A stretch of 64,000 nucleotides of DNA from an uncultured delta proteobacterium (lineage in GTDB: Bacteria; Desulfobacterota; WTBG01; CAIYCZ01). The notes beneath the pieces are model-generated. The model was not told the DNA's origin, did not search any database, and saw only the letters and a program-made list of their open reading frames with translations. The stretch lies in assembly GCA_963803975.1 (NCBI GenBank), contig CAWDOY010000003.1, forward strand, positions 160,001 through 224,000. Reading direction: 5' to 3'. A program made the position numbers and the translations under genes. Positions 53,527 through 64,000 of this stretch are shown here, in pieces (within the stretch, counting starts at the first letter, position 1; each line of letters begins with the position of its first letter).

Positions 53527-54612
53527 CTACTGTTCCGGCTCCGGTTTTTTATCAGCCTTGAACAGCTTATCAAACAGAGACGGCTTTTTAGCGAACGTCG
53601 CGAAGTCCTGGCTGACTTCGAGGTCATTTGCCAGGTGGTAGACCACCTTGTGCTCAACACACTGCGCGGCCATTTTAACGGCATTTTTCATTGCTTCAGC
53701 AGTTGATCTGCCATGGCTGATGATAACCGGTCCTCTAACGCCGAGGAGCAAAGCCCCGCCGTACTGAGCGTAGTCAAATCTATTTTTGAAGTTGGTAAAC
53801 GCGGTGCGCGAAAACAGGTAGCCGATTTTTGACCACAGGCTGCTGCTCATCTCCTCCTTAAGCGCTTTACCCAGGCACTCTGCCACTCCCTCGGCCACTT
53901 TTAAAAGCACATTGCCGGTGAAGCCGTCGCACACAACAATATCCGCAGCGCCCTTGAAAACATCTTTGCCCTCTATATAGCCGATGTAATTAAGTTTGCT
54001 TTTGCGCAGGAGCGCATGGGCTTCGCGGGTAATATCAGTTCCCTTGGATTCTTCTTCTCCGTTGCTCAGGACTGCTATGCGAGGGCTTGCGCATGAAAGG
54101 TAATATTTACTGTAGACAGAGCCCATGACGGCAAACTGGGCGAGGTGATAGGGCTTGCAGCTGTTGTTGGCGCCTGCATCAAGAAGTATCACGCGACTTT
54201 TAAGAGCCGGCAGAATAGTGGCGATGGCAGGGCGGTCAATACCTTTGATGCGGTTCAGCACAAACAGGGCACCGGATGCGACAGCCCCGGAATTCCCGGC
54301 ACTGACAAAAGCGTCTGCCTTGTTCTCGAGCACAAGCTCGATTCCCACCCGGATTGATGAATCCTTCTTTTTGCGCACGACATCGAGGGGATTATCCTCC
54401 ATGCCGACGATTTCCGAGGCTTTGTGGATAGACAGGGGGAGTCCGGCTGTTTTATGCCGTTTCAATTCCATCCGTATGGCCTGCTCTTTTCCTACCAGAA
54501 TAATCTCTGCACCCAGTTCCCGGCATGCTTGTACGGAACCTTCAACAACAGCTCGCGGAGCAAAGTCTCCACCCATTGCATCAACAGCAATTTTAATTTT
54601 TCTGTTACTCAT
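53527..54612 (-). CDS. plsX: Phosphate acyltransferase
   Basis: IAVDAMGGDFAP, SAGNSGA, IDRPAIA, VVCDGFTGN and YGGALLLG. Confidence 0.97.
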   Translation of the reverse strand: MSNRKIKIAVDAMGGDFAPRAVVEGSVQACRELGAEIILVGKEQAIRMELKRHKTAGLPLSIHKASEIVGMEDNPLDVVRKKKDSSIRVGIELVLENKADAFVSAGNSGAVASGALFVLNRIKGIDRPAIATILPALKSRVILLDAGANNSCKPYHLAQFAVMGSVYSKYYLSCASPRIAVLSNGEEESKGTDITREAHALLRKSKLNYIGYIEGKDVFKGAADIVVCDGFTGNVLLKVAEGVAECLGKALKEEMSSSLWSKIGYLFSRTAFTNFKNRFDYAQYGGALLLGVRGPVIISHGRSTAEAMKNAVKMAAQCVEHKVVYHLANDLEVSQDFATFAKKPSLFDKLFKADKKPEPEQ

Positions 54613-54833
54613 CTCCAATACCTGTCATAGGGGTACAAAAAATCTAACCACAGAGAATATGTTCATATAAATTCCCTGTGGTTATAATAAATATATATAG
54701 CTAATAAGAGCAGATGTCAACAGGGTTTCAGCAATCCCTTTAGCAGAGACTATACCGGATGCTGCTGCAGGAAGTCAGGGCACCTTGTTGTCAGGAGACA
54801 ATGCTGACAGCAGAGACAAGGGACAATAAAAAT

Positions 54834-54869
54834 AAAAAAGGCTGCGACCCATTGCGGCAGCAGCCTTTC
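54834..54869 (-). terminator. Intrinsic terminator of the HU gene
   Basis: Minus strand AAAGGCTGC...GCAGCCTTTTTT. Confidence 0.75.
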
Positions 54870-54889
54870 ATAACATGCCCGGATGATGA

Positions 54890-55165
54890 TTACAGGCCGG
54901 ACTTAAGGGTTGGAGCAGGTTTAAAGCCGACCGTCTTGCTTGCTTTGATTTTAATTTTTTCCTTGGTGCGCGGATTAACACCGATGCGGGCTTTTCTTGA
55001 TTTTACCGTGAATACACCAAAGCCGGGAAAAGCAAACCGTTTTTCCTTCTTGATCGATTTGCCAATGATTTCAAATGCGCAATCAACAATCACTTCAACA
55101 GCTTTTTTGCTGACATCCTCTTTGCAGCCTTTTGCGACTGCGTCAATGAGTTCTGCCTTGGTCAT
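54890..55165 (-). CDS. hup: HU family DNA-binding protein
   Basis: MTKAELIDAVA...FPGFGVF...RKARIGVNPRT...FKP. Confidence 0.92.
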   Translation of the reverse strand: MTKAELIDAVAKGCKEDVSKKAVEVIVDCAFEIIGKSIKKEKRFAFPGFGVFTVKSRKARIGVNPRTKEKIKIKASKTVGFKPAPTLKSGL

Positions 55166-55346
55166 ATAAATCTCCTCTCTTTTTTAAAATTGGGTTATAT
55201 TATTGAAGGTCACCAAATACTCTATTTTAAAGGCTCTAATAGTATAACAGTTAAACGATGTCAATAAAAATATATTAAATAATCTCTTTAATTTTGAAAT
55301 AATATGGCATGAAAAATGATTTAAAAAATTAATAAAACAATAGATC

Positions 55347-56198
55347 CTACCTCAGGCGGGGATCAAGGGAATCGCGAATACCTTCGCCGAGGAGATTGTA
55401 GCCAAGAACGGTAACCAAAATAGCAAGCCCCGGAAAGAGCGACAGCCACCAGGCAATTTCTATATTGTCTTTACCTGCGGTGAGAATATTGCCCCAGCTT
55501 GGCGTTGGCGGCTGGACGCCGATCCCAAGAAAGCTTAAGGCAGATTCAATCAGTATGGCGGATGCTATCCCCAGCGTGGCATAGACCAGAACCGGAGCGA
55601 GCGCGTTGGGGAGTATATGCATAAAGATTATCCGCAGATCGCCGGCACCGGCAGCACGCGCAGCCAGCACAAACTCGCGCTGCTTCAGGCTTAAAAATTC
55701 CGCCCTGATGAGGCGCGCCACTCCCATCCAGCTGGTTGCGCCGATGACGATCATGATGATCCAGATGCTCGGTTCAAACAGGGCAATTAATGTGATAATG
55801 AGAAAGAAAGACGGAATGCAGAGCATGGTGTCAACAAAACGCATAATTACCATGTCGATAATTTTTCCGTAATAGCCGGCAATAGAGCCCAGCAGCACAC
55901 CGATCAGCACCGAAATCCCCACGGCAAAAAAACCAACTTTGAGGGAGATACCGGCTCCCATCAATACCCGGCTCAATACATCCCTGCCCAGATCATCTGT
56001 TCCAAACAAATGTTCTGTGCTGGGCGCTGTCAGAACATGCCGGGCATCTATCGCCGTTGGGTCGCAGGGGGAAATATACGGCGCCAGAAACGACAGCATG
56101 AAAAGACTGATGACAATCAGCCCACCGGACACGGCAAGTTTATCCTGTGCAAACCGGTACCAGAAATCAGATTGTTGTGCGTGGAGGGGATTACTCAT
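55347..56198 (-). CDS. Peptide/nickel ABC transporter permease (DppC/OppC-like)
   Basis: HLFGTDDLGRD, EFVLAARAAG, HILPN and PPTPSWG. Confidence 0.93.
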   Translation of the reverse strand: MSNPLHAQQSDFWYRFAQDKLAVSGGLIVISLFMLSFLAPYISPCDPTAIDARHVLTAPSTEHLFGTDDLGRDVLSRVLMGAGISLKVGFFAVGISVLIGVLLGSIAGYYGKIIDMVIMRFVDTMLCIPSFFLIITLIALFEPSIWIIMIVIGATSWMGVARLIRAEFLSLKQREFVLAARAAGAGDLRIIFMHILPNALAPVLVYATLGIASAILIESALSFLGIGVQPPTPSWGNILTAGKDNIEIAWWLSLFPGLAILVTVLGYNLLGEGIRDSLDPRLR

Positions 56199-56202
56199 GG
56201 AA

Positions 56203-57177
56203 TTATTTTACTCTGATGCGCGGATCTGCCAGTGCGTATGACAGGTCTGCAATGAGATTACCCATAAGGGTCAGACCGGAACCTATGACCAGCATGCCCA
56301 TGATTAACGGGTAATCACGGGACATGGCGCTTGCCCAGAACAGCTGGCCCATACCGGGGATGGAAAATATGGTCTCAAAAATAACACTGCCGCCGATGAG
56401 GCCCGGAACTGAAAGGCCAAGCAGCGTAATGATCGGCAGCAGGGCATTGCGCAGGGCATGACGATATATGATGCTGCGCTCTTCAAGACCTTTGGCCCGG
56501 GCTGTTATGATGTAATCCTGCCGGATCACTTCAAGCATGCTGGAGCGCACATAGCGGGACATGCCTGCCAGCCCGCCGAACGCACTGACCAGCACCGGCA
56601 GCAGAAGATGCCGGCCGTAATCAGCTGCCATCCCCAGCACCGACAGCGTATCATGGTTGAGAGATGTCAGTCCTGAGATAGGAAGCCATCCCAGTTTTAC
56701 GCCAAACAGCATCATGAGCAGAAGCGCCAGCCAGAAAGACGGCCAGGCAAAGCCGAGAAAGACAAACACGGTAGCGCATTTATCCAGAAAGGAGTGCTGA
56801 TACATCGATGAAAGGATTCCCAGGGGCAGCGCAACCGCCATAATGAGCAGAAGCGAAAGAACATTAAGCGTGACCGTCACCGGCATGCGCTCAAATATTT
56901 TATCAGCAACTTTTCGGCCGTCAGGAGAGAATGAAAAGCCGAAATCAAGGACCGCTATTCGTTTGAGCCAGTAATAATATTGAACCGGAAGAGGTTTATC
57001 CAAACCGTAATAAGCGCGGAGCCGGGCTTTAGCATCTGGCGATGCCTTGGGATTCATCTGGATGAGGAGGTCCGCCGGAGACCCCGGGGCAATATGAATA
57101 ATGGCAAACGAAATCATGGTTATCCCGATGAGCATGGGAATCATCGCCATGATACGCTTTAGAAGATATTTGATCAT
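56203..57177 (-). CDS. Peptide/nickel ABC transporter permease (DppB/OppB-like)
   Basis: [29 protein letters not shown] and RDYPLI. Confidence 0.93.
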   Translation of the reverse strand: MIKYLLKRIMAMIPMLIGITMISFAIIHIAPGSPADLLIQMNPKASPDAKARLRAYYGLDKPLPVQYYYWLKRIAVLDFGFSFSPDGRKVADKIFERMPVTVTLNVLSLLLIMAVALPLGILSSMYQHSFLDKCATVFVFLGFAWPSFWLALLLMMLFGVKLGWLPISGLTSLNHDTLSVLGMAADYGRHLLLPVLVSAFGGLAGMSRYVRSSMLEVIRQDYIITARAKGLEERSIIYRHALRNALLPIITLLGLSVPGLIGGSVIFETIFSIPGMGQLFWASAMSRDYPLIMGMLVIGSGLTLMGNLIADLSYALADPRIRVK

Positions 57178-57190
57178 ATCAGATATGCAG

Positions 57191-57283
57191 GAGGTTAAAA
57201 GGCGAAGAGGCTAAAAGGCAAACAACTGATAGAGACCGTACAAAAAACCTCTTAACCTTTTCACCTCTTAGCCTTTAGCCCTG
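57191..57283. repeat. Inverted arrays of degenerate 8-mers (REP-like hairpin)
   Basis: GAGGTTAA-AAGGCGAA-GAGGCTAA-AAGGCAAA ... AAAACCTC-TTAACCTT-TTCACCTC-TTAGCCTT. Confidence 0.6.
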
Positions 57284-57287
57284 AAAG

Positions 57288-58935
57288 TTACGGTACATAT
57301 TTCTGCTCTTGTTTTGGTACATACCATTTTATAAAGTTATAGTCTATTCCTATCGGAGCAGGCTCTATGCCGTGAAACCGGCTGCTGATAACGGGCAGCG
57401 CATCAGGAACGTAGAGAAAGGTGCAGGGCTGCTCTTCCGCCAGTATTTCCTGAATCCTGAAATAGTACTTCCTGCGCTCGTTCTGATCAAAGGTGTTGCG
57501 CGCTTTTATGAGCAGTCCGTCAACCTCGGCGTTGCTGTAGGAAATAAAGTTAAGCTCTTCCGGCTTGGTTTTACCTGAATACCAGATGTCATACAGATCC
57601 GGGTCCTGGGGAATAGTCCACCCCAGAATGACCGCTTCAAAGCGGCGCTGGTTTATAAACTGATTGATAAATGAGGCCCATTCTATGATGCGAATTTTTA
57701 CCCTGATGCCGACCTGGGCCAGGCGGTACTGGATAATTTCTGCGCATTTGGCACGCTCGTTATTGCCGATGTTGGTCAGTATGGTGAACTGAAAAGGCGT
57801 GCCGTCCCGGTCGATCACCCCGTCTCCGTCATGGTCCGCCCAGCCTGCCTTACTGAGAAGCTCCCGGGCCTGGTGCTGATTGAAGGGATACCTTTTGACC
57901 TGCGGGTTATATACCCACGTGCCGGGTTTATAGGGGCCGGTTGCAATCTGCCCCAGGCCCATATGCACTACATCTATCAGTTCCTGCTTATCAATTGCAC
58001 AGCTTATTGCCTGGCGCACCCGGCTGTCTTTAAAGAGCGGGTTTTTTAAATTATATCCCAGATAGGTATAGGAGAAGGAGAGGTAGCAATACTTTTTAAA
58101 ATATTGTCTGAAATAGGGTGTATCGGTCTGGCGGGTATATTGCATCGGGGTGAGGCCCATGCGATCTATGGTTCCGGATTTGAGTTCAAGAAACATCGTG
58201 GCACTGTCAGGAATTACCCGGTACACATACCGGTCAATGAAAGGTCTGCCTTCAAAGTAGCGGGGGTTTGCCTGCAGGGTAATTTTTGCGCCTGACTCCC
58301 AGCTTTGAAATATATAGGGCCCGGTGCCGACCGGATGCCGGGAGAGTTCACTTTTGACAATGTCTTTATCCCTTCAGCAGATGCTCGGGGAGCACGGACA
58401 GGCCCCAGCTTTCAAGCGCGGGAGCAAAGGGCTTTGCGTAGTGCACCTGGAAGGTAAAATCATCCAGTGCCCGGGCATCTTTTACCTGGAGAAACGGGTC
58501 AGCATAGGCGGTCGGCGTCTTCGGGTCGCACATGGTGCGGTAGGTAAAAAGAACATCCCGTGAGGTAAACGGCTGCCCGTCGTGCCATAACACGTTTTTC
58601 CTGAGGTGAAAGCGTATGGTCAGGCCCTTATCCAGTATTTCCCATGACTCAGCAAGGTCGCCAATGAGGTTCAGGTTTTTATCATATTTTACCAGGCCGT
58701 TATAAATGAGCCCGGCGACGCTGTGAGAGGCGCTGTCAGAGGCCAGGATGGGAATGAGGGTGCTGGCATCGCCAATGGAGCTGTCGATAAACGTGTCACC
58801 ATGCGCAGGGTCAGCGCTGTCCTCAGCCACCTGCCCGGCAGCGCCGGCGAAAGCAGTAATACCCGGCAGGAGCAGCAGCAGACATGCTAACACGGTTTGG
58901 GATATAGCTTGAGCTCTGGCGAATGCGTGTTTCAT
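57288..58935 (-). CDS. Peptide ABC transporter substrate-binding protein (family 5); frameshifts near 58370 and 58290
   Basis: IYNGLVKYD...GDLAESW...LRKNVLWHDG, PVGTGPY in the intermediate frame, and FKDSRVRQAI. Confidence 0.85.
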
Positions 58936-59005
58936 GGTGCTGTGATTAAGATTACCGGGAGATGGTAAAAGTTGGCCGTGCCTTTTCCACGTCTGAGGCA
59001 CGCTG

Positions 59006-59572
59006 TCAGAAAATGTCTGCAGAAAAAATATAGATCTCTGTGTCCTGATCCATCCAGGCACTTTTGGGCAGCCCGGCCTTTTCGCAGGTATGCTCCAGAA
59101 AGGTTTTTTTATTCCAGGCGTAACTGCTTGCAACCTGCGGCAGAAGCAGGCCGTGATACGGACCATTAACTATATAAAGGCCATGCTTGCCTATTTCGAT
59201 TTCCTGTATGTGTTCAATTTTTATCATCGGCGTAAGAACAGAGATTTCAATTTCCAATTCTTCAAGCTCTTGCTGTGTTACCGGATCAAAGCGGGGATCC
59301 TGAAGCGCTGCTGCGATGGCCATATCCCGGACTGTTTTATACAGCGGTTTGGTGGGATGTATATACCCTATGCAGCCCCGCAGGTTTCCATGCAGATGGA
59401 GGGAAACAAAAGCCCCTCTCTTTTCCCGCAGTATGTCTGACGTTACTTCACCGGAAGGCGGGCTATTGCCGGCCAGAGAATTTTCAATAGCAGTGCGGGC
59501 TATGGCGTAGAGGGTTGCTTTATCATCTTTTGAGAGGCCCAGATCAATGCCGGTTTTTTTCTTTTTGTCCAT
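59006..59572 (-). CDS. amrA: AmmeMemoRadiSam system protein A (AMMECR1 domain)
   Basis: GAFVSL...LRGCIG, DPRF, EISVLTP, GLLLPQV and CEKAG. Confidence 0.92.
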   Translation of the reverse strand: MDKKKKTGIDLGLSKDDKATLYAIARTAIENSLAGNSPPSGEVTSDILREKRGAFVSLHLHGNLRGCIGYIHPTKPLYKTVRDMAIAAALQDPRFDPVTQQELEELEIEISVLTPMIKIEHIQEIEIGKHGLYIVNGPYHGLLLPQVASSYAWNKKTFLEHTCEKAGLPKSAWMDQDTEIYIFSADIF

Positions 59573-59866
59573 GGCTTACATCCATAAGGGTAGTTTATGC
59601 ATTTAGCTGCACTGATGGGTGGATGAACGGTTAATGACCGTGCCCGGGTGCCGGAAAAAGGGTGATGCGGGTGCAGTGCTGCCAGGGGGATGGCTGTTTG
59701 ATACCGCTGCAGCGGCAATACCGGAATGGGTGACGGAAGCATTGTTCATTGGTGTACACCCTAGCCCGGACACGCAGGAATCAAGAATGTTCACGTGTTT
59801 TTATAAATTCGAAATCCGAAACAAATTCCAAGGACCAAAATGCTAAACAATGCAGATAGTATACCC

Positions 59867-60805
59867 CTAATCTTCAAAAAGTGCATCAACAAAATCCCGG
59901 GCATTAAATTCCCGCACATCATCCATCTTTTCGCCCACCCCTATAAAGCGAACGGGCAGTCTCAGTTCTTCACAGATGGCAACGATGACCCCGCCTTTGG
60001 CCGTACCGTCGAGTTTAGTGAGCGCAATACCGGAAATGTTAAGTGCCTCTTTGAAGATTTTTGCCTGGGCAATGGCGTTCTGTCCGGTCGTGGCATCAAG
60101 CACGAGCAATGTCTCGTGCGGTGCACCGGCAATCTCTTTGCTGATTACCCGGTGCACTTTTTTAATTTCCTCCATGAGCGTAATTTTGGTATGCAGCCTG
60201 CCGGCGGTATCGATGATAAGCACGTCAGTGCCCCGCGCCTGAGCTGCCTTGAGCGCGTCAAAAACCACGGCAGAAGGGTCTGCTCCGCTCGCGTGTTTTA
60301 TTACCTCACAGCCGGCACGGTGCCCCCATATTTCGAGCTGTTCAATGGCAGCGGCCCTGAAGGTGTCTGCGGCAGCAAGAAGCACGGTATGCCCCTGGCT
60401 TTTAAACAAATGCGCCATCTTGGCGATGGTAGTGGTCTTTCCCGTTCCGTTTACGCCGACGGTGAGAATCACAAACGGGCGCCGGGCAGGATCAACCAGC
60501 AGAGCTTTCTCGCCGTGGGCAAGCATGGACAGGATCTCTGTTTTAAGAGCATCTTTCAGCTTATCTGCTTCTTCAAGCTCCTTGCGCTGCACCTTCCAGC
60601 GAATCGAATCCATGAGGGTCTTAATGGTTGCTATCCCGATATCAGCCCCGATGAGGGCCTCTTCAAGCTGGTCCAGAAGGTCTTCGCTGATCTCACGCTT
60701 GCCGGCCGTTATTTCTTCTATGCGGCGAACGATGGCGGTATGGGTTTTGCTCAGCCCTGCCTTAAGCCGCTGAAAAAATCCTCGTCGTTCTTTTTTTTGT
60801 TCCAT
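59867..60805 (-). CDS. ftsY: SRP receptor
   Basis: GVNGTGKTTT, DTFRAAA, DTAGR and TKLDGTAKGG. Confidence 0.98.
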   Translation of the reverse strand: MEQKKERRGFFQRLKAGLSKTHTAIVRRIEEITAGKREISEDLLDQLEEALIGADIGIATIKTLMDSIRWKVQRKELEEADKLKDALKTEILSMLAHGEKALLVDPARRPFVILTVGVNGTGKTTTIAKMAHLFKSQGHTVLLAAADTFRAAAIEQLEIWGHRAGCEVIKHASGADPSAVVFDALKAAQARGTDVLIIDTAGRLHTKITLMEEIKKVHRVISKEIAGAPHETLLVLDATTGQNAIAQAKIFKEALNISGIALTKLDGTAKGGVIVAICEELRLPVRFIGVGEKMDDVREFNARDFVDALFED

Positions 60806-60812
60806 GAATATG

Positions 60813-63800
60813 TCAGTGGAGGTCTACTGAAACTATTTTAGAGACACCCTGCTCCTGCATGGTGATGCCATAGAGGGTATTGGCTGCCTGCATTGATTGT
60901 TTGCTGTGCGTCACCATGATGAACTGGGAATAATCGCTCATCTTCTGCAGATGAACGTTGAACCGGTCTATATTGGTGTCATCAAGGGCAGCGTCGATTT
61001 CGTCAAGCAGGCAGAACGGACTGGGCTTGGTAAGGAATATGGCAAAGAGCAGTGCCACTACCGTCAATGAACGTTCACCGCCGGAAAGCAGATCAAGGCT
61101 CTGCAGCTTTTTACCCGGAGGCTGGGCAAAAATCTCAATCCCGGTTTCCAGCATGTCGGTCTCATCGGTCAGGAAGAGATAGGCTTTGCCCCCCTGGAAG
61201 AGCAGGGGAAATACCTCCTGGAAATGAGTATTGACCTGATTAAAAGCATCTTGAAATTTTTCCCTGGTGGTACGGTTAATCTTGGCAATTACCCTCTGCA
61301 GGGAATCAAGCGACTGGGTGAGATCCTGCTCCTGCGCCTGCAGGAAGTCAAAACGGTTTTTATGCTCGTCGTATTCAGTTTCAGCACCGAGGTTAACTTC
61401 GCCCATATTTTCCAGACGCTGCTTCATTTTATCCAGTTTTTCCTGCTGCTCCTCCTGTATAAATTCTTCAGCAGCCGGCGGAGGCGGCAGCTCCTGGAGC
61501 GTGCAATGGTATTTTTCAGCAATCTCATCTTTTATGTGTTCACACCGGAGCGATACCTCCCTGAGATCAAGCTCAAGGGAATGGATTTGCGGTTCAATTT
61601 CGTCTCTCAGCGCCCGCAGCTTTTTCAGGGATTCTTCGCCCGCGCTGACGGCCTGGGCAATCTCCTGCTCCAGCTCTTTTTCTGCAGTGAGCCCGGCATC
61701 GATGGCACTATGGCGGACCAGCAGCTGCGCGAGGCTTTCCTGCCCCTGGGAAATCTCTGCGGCGAGTGATTCCTGGCGCTTTTTCAGCTCATCAAGCTCT
61801 CTGACCAGCGAATCTGTCTTGGCCTGGACAGCGGCCCGGGCACTCAGAAGGGCGCTGAGCCCCGCGGCGGCGCTTTCCTGCCGCTGCTGAATCACTTCAA
61901 GCTTCACCCGGGACTCAACTGCTATTGATTCAGCCTGCTTTACTTCTTCCTGCAGCGTGCTTTCATTTTGCTGGAAATTTTTCAAAGCCTGCTGCAGCTC
62001 ATCATCGCTGTATTTGAAAGAGCCTTCCTTAACAACGAGGTTTTTCAGTTCCTGCTGGTGCTTGAAAAGATCCTGTTCATACTCTTCCTGCTCCATAGCT
62101 ATAAGCTCTATTTTTTCCTGGCACTGACGCGCCTCTTCCGAGAGCTTCCGGTTTTCCGTTTCCTGCTGCATGAGCTGAAGATCAAGCTCGTGCTTGGCAT
62201 GTTTCAGCTGCTCCAGGACTTCAATAACAGTGCTCAGCTCAGCGGCAATCTGCTCGCGCTCAATTACCCGTGACGTGAGCTCTGCCTCAAGATGCCCGCG
62301 CTCTTCATCAAGCTGCCTGATCTCCCGGTTCCGCTGCAGGATGCCTGACGTAGCTGTGTTTTTGCTGCCGCCGGTCAGGACCCCTTCCGCTTCCAAAATA
62401 TCGCCATCAAGCGTTACCAGCGTGCAGGGGTCTGACGTGCGTTCCCAGACGGAAAAGGCCTGTGTCATGTTTTCAACAATAAACACATTATGAAATAATA
62501 TAGTAACCAGCTGCTGATAGGGGGGCGCGGTTTTGATGACTGAGGCCAGTGATTCTAACGGAGCAGGATCTGACGCAGAGGCGGTTTCCGGCAGCCGTGT
62601 GTCCCGCAGCTCGCGGGGCATAAAGGAAACCCGGCCGCCATCGCGCTGTTTCAGGTAATCGATGGAGGAAAAACAGTCCTGATGGGTAGTAACAATCACC
62701 GACTGCAGCCTCCTGCCAAGAAATGATTCAACGGCTGTCTCGTAGCGGGGTGACGTCTCGATAATGTCAGCCAGGAGGCTGATAATGCCGTGATCGCCCG
62801 CTGACTCATGATCGCGGCTGCTCATTATGGTCCGGACACCTTCATCAAATCCCTCTAAATTCCGCTGCAGCTCCTGGAGTGACACGAGTCGGGAGCGGAC
62901 CATTCCGGCGCGCTCCTTAAGCTCATGCAGCGCAGCATCTTTTAAGGTCAACGCTGCGGTGAGCTCATTAACCCGGTTTTTATGCTCGTCAATTGCTGTT
63001 TCTTTTTCCTGCCGGCTGACGGTCATGTCCTGAATCTGTACGCTCAGGAGCTGCGTGGTACTTGCAGCTTCCTGCAGCTTACTGTCACAGGCATCCTTTT
63101 CCGCTGTTATTCTATTTAATCTTTGAATGGTCTCCCGCTGCAGATTCAGGTTTAACTGCATGGCATTCTTTATCTGGGAGCGTGCCGTTACAATGGCAAT
63201 CAGCTCTGCCTTCTCTTTTTCTATGGTTCCCCGAAGTTCAGAAAGAGTTTCATTTAATTGTGCAACAGAAAGGGTGCTCTGGGAATACTCCTGCTGCAAA
63301 CCCTGAATTTCAGCATTGAAGGTTTCGACCTCATGCTGCCGCGCAGCTATGTCCCCGTCAAGCGTTGCGCGTTCACTGTAAAACTCCTCAAGCCGTAAGG
63401 CATATTTGTCAATAAGCTCAACGTTATTTACTACTTCCTTTTTGTTATACTCAAGCTTGCTTTCTTCTCCGCTGATGGTATGTTTTATCTGGTAAAGGTC
63501 ATTTTGCAGCTCACTGATCTTGCGGGTAGCATCTATGAGTGATAAGCGCTGTTCTTCAAGAGCAGCTTCACCGGCCTCCTTTTGTGCTGCAATGCGTATT
63601 TCTTCATCCTTTAATGCGGATAATTCCCGCAGCTTAAGCTTCTCAGATGCAGTCAGTGTTTGCAGTTTGGAGGCGGTGAGGAGCAGGTCAATCTGCTTTA
63701 TTTCACCCTTGATTTTTCTGTAGCGATGAAGCCGCTTAACCTGCTTTTCAAGTACCGTAAGCTGGTTCTGGATTTCGCTCAGGATATCACGGATGCGCAG

Positions 63801-64000
63801 CAGGTTTTGTTTGGTTGACTCCATTTTTGAAACAGCTTCTTTCTTGCGCGCCCGGTACTTGGCAATGCCTGCAACTTCTTCTATGAGAACCCTTCGCTCG
63901 GGGGGCTTAAGGCTTAAAATATGGTCAACTCTTCCCTGCTCCATTATAGAGTATGATTTTAAACCGACACCGGCGTCTAAAAATAGTTCAACGATATCTT
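60813..64000 (-). CDS. smc: Chromosome segregation protein SMC (5' end outside the window)
   Basis: EQGRV...IEEVAGI, coiled coils, hinge TLDGD...GVLTGG, LSGGE and LLDEIDAALD. Confidence 0.97.
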   Translation of the reverse strand, partial: DIVELFLDAGVGLKSYSIMEQGRVDHILSLKPPERRVLIEEVAGIAKYRARKKEAVSKMESTKQNLLRIRDILSEIQNQLTVLEKQVKRLHRYRKIKGEIKQIDLLLTASKLQTLTASEKLKLRELSALKDEEIRIAAQKEAGEAALEEQRLSLIDATRKISELQNDLYQIKHTISGEESKLEYNKKEVVNNVELIDKYALRLEEFYSERATLDGDIAARQHEVETFNAEIQGLQQEYSQSTLSVAQLNETLSELRGTIEKEKAELIAIVTARSQIKNAMQLNLNLQRETIQRLNRITAEKDACDSKLQEAASTTQLLSVQIQDMTVSRQEKETAIDEHKNRVNELTAALTLKDAALHELKERAGMVRSRLVSLQELQRNLEGFDEGVRTIMSSRDHESAGDHGIISLLADIIETSPRYETAVESFLGRRLQSVIVTTHQDCFSSIDYLKQRDGGRVSFMPRELRDTRLPETASASDPAPLESLASVIKTAPPYQQLVTILFHNVFIVENMTQAFSVWERTSDPCTLVTLDGDILEAEGVLTGGSKNTATSGILQRNREIRQLDEERGHLEAELTSRVIEREQIAAELSTVIEVLEQLKHAKHELDLQLMQQETENRKLSEEARQCQEKIELIAMEQEEYEQDLFKHQQELKNLVVKEGSFKYSDDELQQALKNFQQNESTLQEEVKQAESIAVESRVKLEVIQQRQESAAAGLSALLSARAAVQAKTDSLVRELDELKKRQESLAAEISQGQESLAQLLVRHSAIDAGLTAEKELEQEIAQAVSAGEESLKKLRALRDEIEPQIHSLELDLREVSLRCEHIKDEIAEKYHCTLQELPPPPAAEEFIQEEQQEKLDKMKQRLENMGEVNLGAETEYDEHKNRFDFLQAQEQDLTQSLDSLQRVIAKINRTTREKFQDAFNQVNTHFQEVFPLLFQGGKAYLFLTDETDMLETGIEIFAQPPGKKLQSLDLLSGGERSLTVVALLFAIFLTKPSPFCLLDEIDAALDDTNIDRFNVHLQKMSDYSQFIMVTHSKQSMQAANTLYGITMQEQGVSKIVSVDLH

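Noticed and set aside
53527..54612. plsX without adjacent rpmF/fab genes
   Set aside because: This is gene-order variation only, with no functional signal in the sequence.
59840..60841. 333-aa plus-strand ORF
   Set aside because: It is an antisense shadow of ftsY. The same applies to most short ORFs overlapping pheT, thrS, plsX and smc.
1..64000. CRISPR array, rRNA, transposase or prophage
   Set aside because: I saw no regularly spaced direct repeats, rRNA signatures or mobility-gene motifs.

Overview
The window is bacterial chromosomal DNA of moderate GC content. Gene content and order suggest an anaerobic Gram-negative deltaproteobacterium (Desulfobacterota-like); this placement is inference. 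Housekeeping blocks are tRNA-Val-thrS-infC-rpmI-rplT-pheST-ihfA-merR, radC, efp-epmA, cobO-cobC, plsX, HU, a peptide ABC transporter, ftsY and smc. Three regions stand out. (1) At 1-11.6 kb, a MarR-led operon encodes a two-subunit nitrogenase-like (DPOR/COR-type) reductase with PCP_red tails. It also encodes three class II chelatase-like proteins (two apparently exported), a ferredoxin, a geranylgeranyl-reductase-family flavoprotein and an iron-sulfur flavoprotein. A divergent flavin reductase carries a third PCP_red domain. No Fe-protein and no photosynthesis genes are in the window, so this is a candidate undescribed tetrapyrrole-modifying or scavenging system. (2) At 27-36 kb, an RRE/radical SAM-SPASM/HprK-like/C25 gingipain-like/S26 peptidase/ABC cassette has no visible precursor peptide. 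(3) At 36-40.7 kb, an NtrY-like kinase is followed by an NtrX-like regulator with a degenerate AAA+ domain fused in frame to a complete LpxC. Many accessory genes are split by single-base frameshifts, probably sequencing or assembly errors, so I rejoined them by hand. All family calls come from motif recognition, not from database searches.
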